The position numbers were made by a program, and so were the translations under genes. From a virus, in the IMG/VR virus record IMGVR_UViG_3300014208_000003, positions 1 through 64,000 of that record: a stretch of 64,000 nt of DNA; one strand, written 5' to 3'. Under the pieces are notes generated by a model. The model saw only the letters and a program-made list of their open reading frames with translations. It was not told where the DNA came from and made no database searches. Shown here one piece after another: positions 1 through 9,356 of this stretch. Within the stretch, counting starts at the first letter, position 1, and the number at the start of each line of letters is the position of its first letter.

Positions 1-36
1 ACCGCACGTGCTCCGTGAAGATAGGGTTTATCCGCC

Positions 37-735
37 ATGCTTAAACTACACCATTTACAGTTTAATACACTGACACGCTCTGGAGATTATCACTATACCG
101 GCTCGCAAGATGCATCTGCAAGCACGACAGATTTTGTTTTGGCAGACGGTGTGCTTTACGAAGTAGAGATAACGGTTTTAGGAACTATACAGCGTACCGG
201 TTGTCAGCATTATGCATCTACGGCCTACAGTGGTAATACGGACGGCTTTGATACAAACACATCTCAACAGTCTCTTGGTACCGTAAAGGCCTATGTCCGT
301 AGAAGCGGCGCCACTCTCTACGCTGGTTTACATCCTGATTTTGTTACTCTAAGTGCAGTATCATCTAATGTTTACACACAAGTAACACAACGCAATATAG
401 AGGTTTCCGCCGGTGTGTTTAAAAACCTAGACTGGACTGGAGTTGCGGCAATTGCAGCCGGAGCCTCTCCGTTGGGGAGTGCGATAACGTTTTCGCTTGA
501 TGGTAGCAATCAGCTTGTGATCGATATGAACGACACATTTGCAGACACTGGCAGTATCGCGATAGGCACGGCGGACGGCTATCAGTTTGTATTAGAGGGT
601 GGCGCTGGTGGCGGCTCACTACAATTTAATCATACAGATGGTTATTCAGCGGCGCCAGATGCGGCTTATGCCATAAGCACGTGTCAACTAAGTTGTAATT
701 GGAACTTTGGACTAAGAGTTGCAATTATAGAATAA
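37..735 (+). CDS. GC-richer beta-strand/Gly-rich protein, possible virion appendage or fibre domain
   Basis: 232 aa rich in T/S/G. DNA is clearly more GC-rich than the rest of the window. Confidence 0.4.
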   Translation: MLKLHHLQFNTLTRSGDYHYTGSQDASASTTDFVLADGVLYEVEITVLGTIQRTGCQHYASTAYSGNTDGFDTNTSQQSLGTVKAYVRRSGATLYAGLHPDFVTLSAVSSNVYTQVTQRNIEVSAGVFKNLDWTGVAAIAAGASPLGSAITFSLDGSNQLVIDMNDTFADTGSIAIGTADGYQFVLEGGAGGGSLQFNHTDGYSAAPDAAYAISTCQLSCNWNFGLRVAIIE

Positions 736-743
736 TAATTAAA

Positions 744-1127
744 ATGATAAATAAAATTGACTCCATTATAGCATATATAGTCTTAAAAAAGCTTATAACG
801 CCTATTACACAATCAAAAGCATATAAATTAAAGTTAATAAATGCTTCCGGAAGAGTTACAAAAGAACCGACGACAAGAGAAGAGAAAGAAGCGTTAACAT
901 TATTAGATAAAATTGTTTTTAAATTGAAGAGATTACTAGGATCAAAACTTCAGGAATTAAATCCGTTTTTGTATCTGTATAATTCTCCTGATATGTACAA
1001 TAAGTTAATTGTAAACGGTGATATTAAAAACCGTGCTGAAATAAAGAGAATAGAAAAGGATATAAAATCATTACAAGAGAATTATCATATTTCAAAAGAA
1101 GATATCCTTGCGATTCTAGTAGACTAA
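744..1127 (+). CDS. conserved T4-like phage hypothetical protein
   Basis: Motifs LKKLITPITQSKAYKLKLINASG and LTLLDKIVFKLKRLL, typical of T4-like head-region genes. ATG744 preferred over TTG699. Confidence 0.55.
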   Translation: MINKIDSIIAYIVLKKLITPITQSKAYKLKLINASGRVTKEPTTREEKEALTLLDKIVFKLKRLLGSKLQELNPFLYLYNSPDMYNKLIVNGDIKNRAEIKRIEKDIKSLQENYHISKEDILAILVD

Positions 1128-1145
1128 ATATAAAAGAGGAACATT

Positions 1146-1529
1146 ATGTCAAAAACAATTTTAAAATACAGGAAAATACCAACAGAACACGACGTAATGT
1201 TTTTCAACGGAACTAACGGAAAAGATATCGAAAAATGGTCTAAAGGAAAAGTAATAGATAAAGAAGATCATTTAGAAATAGAAACATTAGAAGGTACAAT
1301 GAATGGTTCTAAAGGTGATTGGATTATAAAAGGATTAAACAAAGAATTCTGGGCTATAAAACCAGATATTTTCGAAAAGAGTTATGAAGAAGTAAAGGAT
1401 GAAATAGAAGAAGATTTTACAACAACCGCACCAACATCCCAAGCTACCGGACAATTTGCTTTTCATATGGGAATACAGCGAAGAAACCAAATTGCGGATA
1501 AAGTTCAAAAAATTTTAAGGAATAAATAA
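1146..1529 (+). CDS. PGDYG-like phage protein
   Basis: TLEG-x-GDWIIKGxxxEFWAIKPDIFEKSY motif. RBS GAGGA upstream. Confidence 0.6.
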   Translation: MSKTILKYRKIPTEHDVMFFNGTNGKDIEKWSKGKVIDKEDHLEIETLEGTMNGSKGDWIIKGLNKEFWAIKPDIFEKSYEEVKDEIEEDFTTTAPTSQATGQFAFHMGIQRRNQIADKVQKILRNK

Positions 1530-3337
1530 TGGCAAATTTTCTCGCTAATCTTTATAATCAATATATTAGACAGAGAGTATCCGATGTTTTTGAAGATAAT
1601 AAACCTCCAATTGTTCCGGACACTTCTACAGGATTAACTCAGGAACAGATTGATCAATATTATTCCAATCCGTCTGAAATAAATAATACTTATGTAAATT
1701 TTAATACGATATTCGAAGGCAAGAGACAGAGAATTGCTTTTTATAGAGATATGTCCAACTTTCCGGAAATATCAGATTCACTAGATTATATATGTGATGA
1801 ATCTGTTGTTCAAAATATGGAAGGTGATTTTTTAGAAATAGAGTTTGATTCATCTGTTCCGAAAAATGTTCAGAAAAGAATTCGTAGACAGTTTGATTAT
1901 CTATGTTCCGAAATATTCCAGAATGAAGATAAGTTATGGGAGATGTATAGGAAATGGTTAGTTGACGGAGAAATGTACTTAGAAATTGTTTTAACACCTA
2001 CTGGAAAATCTATACAAGCAATTAAACTGTTACCTTCCTATACGATGGTTCCGAAATATGATGGTGATAAAATAGTTGGTTATGAACAGTATATTGCTAA
2101 TTCGGATGCTCTTAAAAGTGGTTCCGGATATGTACATTCATCAATTGCGGAACCAGATAGAAAATTCGATTCAAATCAAATTCTATATGTAAATTATGGA
2201 AAGTATGGTAAAAACAATCTTGATATACTTGGTTACTTAGATTCTTCAATTAGACCTTATAACCAATTGAAGAACATGGAAGATTCTTTGGTAGTGTATC
2301 GTTTAACAAGAGCTACCGAAAGAAGGGTTTTTAATATAGCTGTCGGAAAAATGCAAAAAGGAAAAGCCGAACAGTATATACAAAATCTAATTAACAAACA
2401 TAAAAATAAAACTGGTTATGATTCTGCTACAGGTGCATTACAAACATCAAGAAATATAATGGCACTCACTGAAGATTTCTGGTTCGCTAAAGATGAAACC
2501 GGAAAAGGAACAGAAGTAAGTAATTTAGCTGGTGGAATGAATATCGGGGAAATTTCTGATGTTGAATACTTTTTAAAGAAACTATACAAGACATTAAAAT
2601 TACCTCCTTCACGTTGGCAGAATACTCCTCAATATACTTCTACTACTGAAATTGGAAGAGACGAAATTAAATTCGCTAACTTCGTAAAAAGACTACAGAC
2701 AAAATTTAAGAAGATATTTACCGAATCTCTTTTATTCCAAATGCGGATCCAAGATTTTGAGAAGCGTTGGATAGATCCCGATTTGTTTAATATTAGAATG
2801 ATTCCAGCAACATATCTCCAAAAAGATAAAGAACTGGATATGAGAAAAAAACAATTAGAATCAATACAAACAGTTGCCGAATATATCATTTCAGAAGGTA
2901 ACGATAAAGGAATGTTCGCTTTTGAATTTGCTATGAAAAAATTTGTAGGACTTACCGATGATGATTTCGCTCTTAATGATAAAATGATAGAAATACAACA
3001 ATTAAAAGCAAAAATAGAAAAAGATAATGTAGAAAAAATTAAAGGAACAGAATCTCCGGAAGAAAATGTTGGCGATAATCCGGAAGAAGTTACTGATATA
3101 AATCCTGAAACCGGAAAACCTATTGCTAAAAAAGATTCCGAAAAAGCTCCTGAAGAAACTCCGGAAGAACCAGTTAAAGAAGAATCTGTTAAATATCCAA
3201 CTAAGAAAAAATCCATAAAAGATAAACTTTCTAATCTTGATAGGTATAAGAAAAATTTCAAAATACTTAATAGCGTGGATGCCTATATGACAGATTCCGA
3301 TAATTCTAATCTAAATACTATTGGAGAAATTTTATGA
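1529..3337 (+). CDS. gp20: portal protein (T4 gp20-like) with acidic C-terminal extension
   Basis: NQLKNMEDSLVVYRLTRATERRVFNI, KAEQY, EDFWF and RDEIKF motifs. Confidence 0.95.
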   Translation: MANFLANLYNQYIRQRVSDVFEDNKPPIVPDTSTGLTQEQIDQYYSNPSEINNTYVNFNTIFEGKRQRIAFYRDMSNFPEISDSLDYICDESVVQNMEGDFLEIEFDSSVPKNVQKRIRRQFDYLCSEIFQNEDKLWEMYRKWLVDGEMYLEIVLTPTGKSIQAIKLLPSYTMVPKYDGDKIVGYEQYIANSDALKSGSGYVHSSIAEPDRKFDSNQILYVNYGKYGKNNLDILGYLDSSIRPYNQLKNMEDSLVVYRLTRATERRVFNIAVGKMQKGKAEQYIQNLINKHKNKTGYDSATGALQTSRNIMALTEDFWFAKDETGKGTEVSNLAGGMNIGEISDVEYFLKKLYKTLKLPPSRWQNTPQYTSTTEIGRDEIKFANFVKRLQTKFKKIFTESLLFQMRIQDFEKRWIDPDLFNIRMIPATYLQKDKELDMRKKQLESIQTVAEYIISEGNDKGMFAFEFAMKKFVGLTDDDFALNDKMIEIQQLKAKIEKDNVEKIKGTESPEENVGDNPEEVTDINPETGKPIAKKDSEKAPEETPEEPVKEESVKYPTKKKSIKDKLSNLDRYKKNFKILNSVDAYMTDSDNSNLNTIGEIL

Positions 3338-3477
3338 ACCTGATCGAAACATTGAAAACAGAAAATTATAGCGAACTCAAAGAATATGTTAATGAAGAGG
3401 TTGCTAAAAAAATAGCTCATAGAATCAATTCCAAAAAAGAAGAGATACTGAATAAACTAAGAGGAAATATAAAATGA
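3334..3477 (+). CDS. small prohead core protein (gp67-like position), 47 aa
   Basis: ORF MNLIETLKTENYSELKEYVNEEVAKKIAHRINSKKEE..., read by hand. Follows CTAAATA and a GGAG RBS; overlaps both neighbours. Confidence 0.55.
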   Translation: MNLIETLKTENYSELKEYVNEEVAKKIAHRINSKKEEILNKLRGNIK

Positions 3478-3836
3478 ACTTAATAAACGATACACGAAGA
3501 ATTTTAGGTGAATCCGTTATTGAAGAAAAATCTGAAATATCCGGAACAACTATTTATAAAACTTCTGTTGATGATATGAGCAATGGTTTTGAACAGTTAT
3601 CAAAAGATGTTGGTGATAGAGATATAGAGTTAACAGTATCCGGAGAAAAAATAGATCAAACAGCGAATTTCATTAAAGGCACATTCTCTGTATCGTTTAA
3701 TGTTGACGAATTAATATTTGTATCAGGTAATGTAAAACTCTCAGTAGATACATCAATAGTAGAAGAATTATCAATAAGCAAAAGATCGTTCACAATCTTC
3801 TTGAATAATGATTTAGAAATTTCCGGAACATTTTAA
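3474..3836 (+). CDS. putative prohead core/internal head protein
   Basis: Lies between portal and protease. N-terminus shared with 4504..4845. Confidence 0.5.
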   Translation: MNLINDTRRILGESVIEEKSEISGTTIYKTSVDDMSNGFEQLSKDVGDRDIELTVSGEKIDQTANFIKGTFSVSFNVDELIFVSGNVKLSVDTSIVEELSISKRSFTIFLNNDLEISGTF

Positions 3837-3845
3837 GGATATACA

Positions 3846-4502
3846 ATGGCATTAAAACTAATAACAGAAACAGTATTCTCGGATGTATCGGTCATATCAG
3901 AAGCTACCGAAAAATCAGGACAAAAAACCCTGTATATTGAAGGCCCTTTTATGCAAGCCGAAATCAAAAATAAAAATGGTAGAATATATCCGTTCGAAGT
4001 CATTAAAGAAGAAGTTGAAAGATATAATAAAGAAAAAATCGATACCAAAATGTCACTAGGAGAATTGTGCCATACTAGTAGTACCTCCGTGAATCCAGAA
4101 CGAGTTTGCCATCTAATACAATCTCTTAAAATGAATGATGATGGTGTAGTTATGGGTCGTTCCAAAATACTTTCTACACCTATGGGAGCTATTGTCAGAT
4201 CACTTATTGAAGAAGGTGTTAAACTAGGTGTATCGTCAAGAGGTCTCGGAACTATGCAAGAAGGTACTAGTATTGTTAATGAAGATTTCCATTTAGTTTG
4301 TATTGACGTTGTTACTGAACCTTCCGCACCAGATTGTTTTGTAAATGGTATTCTGGAAAATAAAGAGTACATAATCGAAAACAATATAATCATGGAAGCT
4401 GCTGTCTATAACTTTAAAAAACAAATAGATAAATCAGCATCAAGAGAAAATGTTATAGACGCATTAGATAAATTTTTTAAAAAACTAAAAGGAGAATTAT
4501 AA
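3846..4502 (+). CDS. gp21: prohead protease (T4 gp21-like)
   Basis: LYIEGPFMQAEIKNKNGRIY, GELCH, GVSSRGLG and DVVTEPSAPD motifs. Confidence 0.95.
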   Translation: MALKLITETVFSDVSVISEATEKSGQKTLYIEGPFMQAEIKNKNGRIYPFEVIKEEVERYNKEKIDTKMSLGELCHTSSTSVNPERVCHLIQSLKMNDDGVVMGRSKILSTPMGAIVRSLIEEGVKLGVSSRGLGTMQEGTSIVNEDFHLVCIDVVTEPSAPDCFVNGILENKEYIIENNIIMEAAVYNFKKQIDKSASRENVIDALDKFFKKLKGEL

Positions 4503-4503
4503 T

Positions 4504-4845
4504 ATGAACTTATTCGAAAATGCAAGAAGAATACTAGGGGAAAGTGTTGAAGAAATTCCTGAAGCAGTTTCCAAAGAAGGTACGGAAGAAGTTGTTATAG
4601 AAAAAGTAGAAGATATAGATGTTAGTAAAGAAGAATTTTATAAAGAAGAAATGACCGAATCTGCACGTCCTTATGGTTATCATCCTAAAAATCCTAAGAT
4701 TGATATTTATTATAACGGTAAATACGCTGGCTCTACTAATTGGTCTTCTAATCTAAAAATGGCCAAAGAAAAATATATAGAACAAAATAAAGAAGTTGAT
4801 CCGGAAAAAGTCAAAGCCGTTTTTTACAATAGAAATGAAAACTAA
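4504..4845 (+). CDS. putative internal head protein
   Basis: Lies between gp21 and gp22. N-terminal MNLFENARRILGESV leader. Confidence 0.45.
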   Translation: MNLFENARRILGESVEEIPEAVSKEGTEEVVIEKVEDIDVSKEEFYKEEMTESARPYGYHPKNPKIDIYYNGKYAGSTNWSSNLKMAKEKYIEQNKEVDPEKVKAVFYNRNEN

Positions 4846-4856
4846 AAGGAATAATT

Positions 4857-5651
4857 ATGAACGAAATATTAGAAAAACTTAAAGGAGTATTAACAGAAGA
4901 AGATCTCACACGTCTTCAAAACACTCTTCAAAGAATGGTGTTGGAATCTGTTAATGAAAAAACCGAAAAAGCAAAAGCAGAATTGGCAGTATTACAAGAA
5001 GAATTCGTTAATAAAGAAGTTGCAAGATTACTAGAAGAAAAACTTGCTACCGAAAAAACTATCATCGAAGAATCATACAAACAAAAATATGATACTCTTG
5101 AATCCGATGTTCTTTCTAAACTTTCCCTTTTTCTTGAATCCGAAGTAGCCACAAAAATTTCTGATAGCACTATTTCAAAAATTGCTATGAATGAAATATA
5201 TGAACCACTCGTGAACAATCTATTAAAAGTATTCGAGGAAAATTATGTAGCTATTGACACAGAAGGTTACAAAATAATGTCGGAAGCAAAAGAAGAAATT
5301 GAAAGACTTGAAGATGAACATTCTAAAACAGTTACAGAAAAAATGTCCCTGCTTAAAGAAAATAAAATTCTTCAAACAAAACTTTTAATAGAATCTAAAA
5401 CTTATGGTCTTAATGCCGAACAAAAAGATAAAGTAAAAATAATGTTCGAATCAAAAGAACCAGTAGACGTAGAAAAAAGTATCGATAAATATGTTGAAGT
5501 TCTTATCGAGTCAGAAATCTCCGGAAAAGGTAACGATAAAAATTCTGAGAAAACAGTATTGGCAGAAGGTGTTAATGAAGAACTCGATCCGGAAAAAGAA
5601 TTAAGAGAAGAAGCCCCAACTGTAACAAGTAGAGCTTCTAAATTACTGTAA
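4857..5651 (+). CDS. gp22: prohead scaffold (gp22-like)
   Basis: E/K-rich coiled coil directly upstream of the major capsid gene. Confidence 0.8.
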   Translation: MNEILEKLKGVLTEEDLTRLQNTLQRMVLESVNEKTEKAKAELAVLQEEFVNKEVARLLEEKLATEKTIIEESYKQKYDTLESDVLSKLSLFLESEVATKISDSTISKIAMNEIYEPLVNNLLKVFEENYVAIDTEGYKIMSEAKEEIERLEDEHSKTVTEKMSLLKENKILQTKLLIESKTYGLNAEQKDKVKIMFESKEPVDVEKSIDKYVEVLIESEISGKGNDKNSEKTVLAEGVNEELDPEKELREEAPTVTSRASKLL

Positions 5652-5680
5652 TAAAAATGTAAATGGAAAATGTTAGAATA

Positions 5681-5687
5681 CTAAATA
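5681..5687 (+). promoter_or_regulatory. late promoter CTAAATA (gp23 copy; representative of about 18)
   Basis: Also at 1124, 3311, 8675, 9225, 15979, 18388, 19565, 21111, 28039, 32680, 36059, 37180, 47095, 55730, 57735, 62194 and 63544, nearly all just upstream of gene starts. Resembles T4 TATAAATA. Confidence 0.8.
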
Positions 5688-5731
5688 CAATTAGGATGTA
5701 AAAGTCCACAACTTAAAAGGAGAATATTAAA

Positions 5732-6943
5732 ATGGATCTTATTCAAAAATGGAGTAATCCGAAACTTGGCAAACTTTCCATTGCCAACATCGAAAATGAA
5801 ATCACCAGAAAAGTAATGGCTGATCTCTTGGAAAATCAGGAAACAAAAAATATTAATCAGGAACTTCTGTTGGAAGCTGATTTTAATACAACTACACCAA
5901 CAACACAAGCTAATGGACAGTTTCAACCTATTGCTCTTGCAATGGTACGTAGAACTTTTCCCGAATTGTTTGCTACAAAAGTAGTTCCTACACAGGCTAT
6001 GAAAGGCCCAGTTGGACTTGCTTATGCACTACGTTTCGTGTATGAAGGTTACGAAAATTCAGAAGCTGCTTTTAACCGAGTAAATGTGTTCTCTGGATTC
6101 ACAGGTTCTACTTCTGGTACTTCTGGTACAGCAGATGCAGGAACGGGTGTTGCTCTAAACACAGCAGAAGCTTGGTACATGGGAAATCCTACTGTAACAG
6201 GTAACATGCCTCAGCTAAAACTTATCCTCGCAAAAGCCGCAATTGAAGCTAAGACACGTAAACTAGCTGCTTCTTTCTCGCTTGAAGCTGCTCAGGATAT
6301 TAGAGCTATGCATGGTCTCGATATCGAAAAAGAAATGGTTGACGTACTTCATTATGAAGTTCTTGCCGAAATGGACAGAGAAATCGTAGCTGCTCTAAAG
6401 GCTGCTGCTGTTGATACTTCTGTCGGTGGAGAAGCTGCTACTGCTCTAGATGTTTCTGCTTCTGATGGTAGATGGTCTCAGGAAAAGTTTTCTAATGTTG
6501 CTAATGCAATAATCAAGAAAGCAAACGACATCGCGACATCAACATTCAAAGCTGCTGGTAACTTCGCAATAGTTTCTAACTCTGTAGCAACTGCACTTCA
6601 AGCTTTAAACAGCAAGATTTTCACAGCTATTGATTCTAACGTAAACGCAACCGGAACTATGGCAAAAGTTGGAAGACTTAATGGCGCTATTGATATCTAT
6701 CGTGACCCATACGCAACTTCCGATTATGCTCTTATCGGTTACAAAGGCCCTGGACAAAATGACGGTGGAATTGTTTACAGTCCTTACATAATGGGACTTA
6801 CCGCAAAAGCAACGTCAGACCAGTCATTTTCACCAAAAATTTGCGTAATGTCAAGATATGCGATTACTGCTTCCCTGTTAAATTCTGGGAGATATTATCG
6901 TCAAATCAATTTTTCTAATCTGTCATCTGTAATTGGTGCTTAA
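5732..6943 (+). CDS. gp23: major capsid protein (T4 gp23-like)
   Basis: LLENQE, MVRRTFP, QAMKGPVGLAYALR, AKTRKL, EAAQDIRAMHGLD and YSPY motifs. Confidence 0.97.
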   Translation: MDLIQKWSNPKLGKLSIANIENEITRKVMADLLENQETKNINQELLLEADFNTTTPTTQANGQFQPIALAMVRRTFPELFATKVVPTQAMKGPVGLAYALRFVYEGYENSEAAFNRVNVFSGFTGSTSGTSGTADAGTGVALNTAEAWYMGNPTVTGNMPQLKLILAKAAIEAKTRKLAASFSLEAAQDIRAMHGLDIEKEMVDVLHYEVLAEMDREIVAALKAAAVDTSVGGEAATALDVSASDGRWSQEKFSNVANAIIKKANDIATSTFKAAGNFAIVSNSVATALQALNSKIFTAIDSNVNATGTMAKVGRLNGAIDIYRDPYATSDYALIGYKGPGQNDGGIVYSPYIMGLTAKATSDQSFSPKICVMSRYAITASLLNSGRYYRQINFSNLSSVIGA

Positions 6944-6974
6944 TAGTTTTTAAATAAAAAAGCAATTTTTTAGT

Positions 6975-7010
6975 AAGGTGGTTCTGTAAAAAGAATCACC
7001 TTTTTTATTT
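6975..7010 (+). terminator. rho-independent terminator after gp23
   Basis: AAGGTGGTTCT-gtaaaa-AGAATCACCTT hairpin followed by a T-run. Confidence 0.85.
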
Positions 7011-7048
7011 TTATGATTATATTATAATATTAAAAATAAAGGAATATT

Positions 7049-7846
7049 ATGTTACTAAAACCTTCCGGAATGTTTGATTTAGAGTTAAGTGATAATTTTT
7101 GTGGATCTTATATTAAAAAGGAAGATTTGAAAAAAGTAATAGGAAATACTCTTTTTCCTTTAAAATATATAACTAGAGACGATGGTTTATTTATCGACGA
7201 GAGAGATATTCACAAAAATTGGAAATTTTTAACTAATTCTAAAATAAAAAATAGTTTTGATGAATTGGTTTTGGAATATATAATTAAGAAAACATACCCC
7301 GAAGCTAAGGTTACCACACAATATAAAGTTGGTAAATTTCATATGGATTTGAAAATAGAATATAAATCAAAAGAATTTTTTATTGAATTTGATAGTCCAA
7401 TGCATTTTTCTTTATCTAAGTTTGGTGTTCCGAAAGATCCCAGAATAAAAAGAGATAAAATTGAAAAAGAAACCGGAATAAAGGTGATTAATTGGCCGTT
7501 TTGGATTCAGAGATGTTCAAAAAACGTAGAAAGTATTATAACAGGATGTAAGGGCAAATCTGCTTTATGGAGTTCCGCTATATTATTTGAAGATTTTTGC
7601 TTCCCCGATTCTGCACAAATAATAGATGAGTTTAGCAATAATTTTAAATGTTCCGAAAGTTACGGGAATATGTACGAAAAATGGGAAGGTAAATATAATA
7701 AAGAAGAACATCCAATAATATTACAAATTAAAAATGATAATAATAAGTTGTATAAATTATTCCCGAAAGGTTCCCAAAAAACATTAAAATGGGTTCCGGA
7801 ATCATTAATCAACATATTTTCGAAAGTTCATCCCGGCGTTTTTTAA
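7049..7846 (+). CDS. PD-(D/E)XK/DUF559-like endonuclease
   Basis: QYKVGKFHMDLKI...FFIEFDSPMH motif. Confidence 0.55.
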   Translation: MLLKPSGMFDLELSDNFCGSYIKKEDLKKVIGNTLFPLKYITRDDGLFIDERDIHKNWKFLTNSKIKNSFDELVLEYIIKKTYPEAKVTTQYKVGKFHMDLKIEYKSKEFFIEFDSPMHFSLSKFGVPKDPRIKRDKIEKETGIKVINWPFWIQRCSKNVESIITGCKGKSALWSSAILFEDFCFPDSAQIIDEFSNNFKCSESYGNMYEKWEGKYNKEEHPIILQIKNDNNKLYKLFPKGSQKTLKWVPESLINIFSKVHPGVF

Positions 7847-8763
7847 TAATATCTGTTTTATGTAAGCGATTAGAGGCGTTAGGAATAAAATATATTTCTG
7901 ATAGTGGTTCTGATATTACTTTTTGTTGTAATGCCTGTAAAAAGGAATCTACGGCTACTATAACTGTTCTAAGGCATCGTTTCAAGCATCATCTCCAAAT
8001 TTGTTCCAAGTGCAATCCTTCAATATCATTTCCGGAAAAGACTATTCTAAAATTTGTTTCGGAAATAACAAATACAGAAATAATTCCGAATGATAGAAAA
8101 CAATTAGGTGATATGGAGTTAGATATTTATTTACCGAAGCATAATTTGGCATTTGAATTTAACGGATTATATTGGCATTCCGAGGCATTCAAGCCAAAAT
8201 GTTATCATAAATTAAAAACAGAATATGCGGATAAAAGAGGAATTCATTTGATACATATTTGGGAGGATGATTGGAGAGATAAGACAGAAACAGTAAAATC
8301 ATATATCAGAAATTTGTTACTTGAAAATAAGAATAGAGTATATGCCAAAGAATGTGTTTTAAGCAAGATTTCGAAAAGTGATGCTGAAGAGTTTTTCCGG
8401 AGAAATAGTTTAGGGAATGATTTGAAAGCTGATGTTTGTTATGGGTTATTTAAAGGAGAACTAATATCAATAATGTGTTTCCGGAAGATTTCAGAAGGTG
8501 TTTATAATTTGGTTTATTTTTGTAATGATTTGAATACTGGTGTTGTGGGTGGATATAAAAAAATGTTTGCGGAATTTGTTAAGGAATATTCTCCGGAAAA
8601 AATTTACAGTAATGCTTCTCGAGACTGGTTTAAAAAGAATGATTTGGACTATAAATTGTTAGGTTTTAAGTTCACTAAATACATTAAAGAGAAAAGTATT
8701 AAAAAAATTGGTTTGAATAAGGTTTGGAATAGTGGTTGTTTACATTTTGAATGGAGTAAGTAA
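7789..8763 (+). CDS. Hef-like homing endonuclease
   Basis: CxxC zinc motifs, ELDIYLPKHNLAFEFNGLYWHS, IHIWEDDW and VWNSG. Start codon uncertain. Confidence 0.75.
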   Translation: MGSGIINQHIFESSSRRFLIISVLCKRLEALGIKYISDSGSDITFCCNACKKESTATITVLRHRFKHHLQICSKCNPSISFPEKTILKFVSEITNTEIIPNDRKQLGDMELDIYLPKHNLAFEFNGLYWHSEAFKPKCYHKLKTEYADKRGIHLIHIWEDDWRDKTETVKSYIRNLLLENKNRVYAKECVLSKISKSDAEEFFRRNSLGNDLKADVCYGLFKGELISIMCFRKISEGVYNLVYFCNDLNTGVVGGYKKMFAEFVKEYSPEKIYSNASRDWFKKNDLDYKLLGFKFTKYIKEKSIKKIGLNKVWNSGCLHFEWSK

Positions 8764-9356
8764 TGGTTTTAATGAAGAATATTTTACCTCATGCAGTTCA
8801 AGCAATGTCTTTTGGAACTGGTCGGATATATGTTTTTAGATCAGGTGAAGAAAAATGGTGTGATGATGGTATGGAAGGAAGATATGGTGGAATTCTTAGA
8901 ACAATAAAAAGTGATAAGATGGATAACGTTAATGTCATTCCGGAAATTTTTTCAGAACCAATATTCGTAATAGCTCCTGAACAAATGAAAAAAGTAGAAG
9001 AGAGTGTTCCGGAAAATATTAAAGAAGATGTTCCTGAAGATGTAATAGTAGAATTTCAGGAAAAAGTTATCGAAAAAATTCCGGAAGATATAACAGAAGT
9101 ATCTCCGGAAGAATTAACTATAGATGATGTTACAATTTATCCTTTAGAAGATGTATTAAAAGCAGAACAAATTATCTCGGAAACTGTTAAAGAAAAAGTT
9201 ATAGAAAAGATTCCTGAACAAAATCTAAATACTACTGAAAAGAACTGGTATAAAAAACAACCGGATAAAAAGAGAAAATATAATAAGGTAAAGAAAATAA
9301 ACGTTCAAGAAGCACTGAAAAAATTAAAAGAAGAAAATAATGGCACGAATAACTAA
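8763..9356 (+). CDS. acidic low-complexity protein with PE repeats
   Basis: EKVIEKIPE occurs twice. CTAAATA at 8675 upstream. Confidence 0.5.
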   Translation: MVLMKNILPHAVQAMSFGTGRIYVFRSGEEKWCDDGMEGRYGGILRTIKSDKMDNVNVIPEIFSEPIFVIAPEQMKKVEESVPENIKEDVPEDVIVEFQEKVIEKIPEDITEVSPEELTIDDVTIYPLEDVLKAEQIISETVKEKVIEKIPEQNLNTTEKNWYKKQPDKKRKYNKVKKINVQEALKKLKEENNGTNN

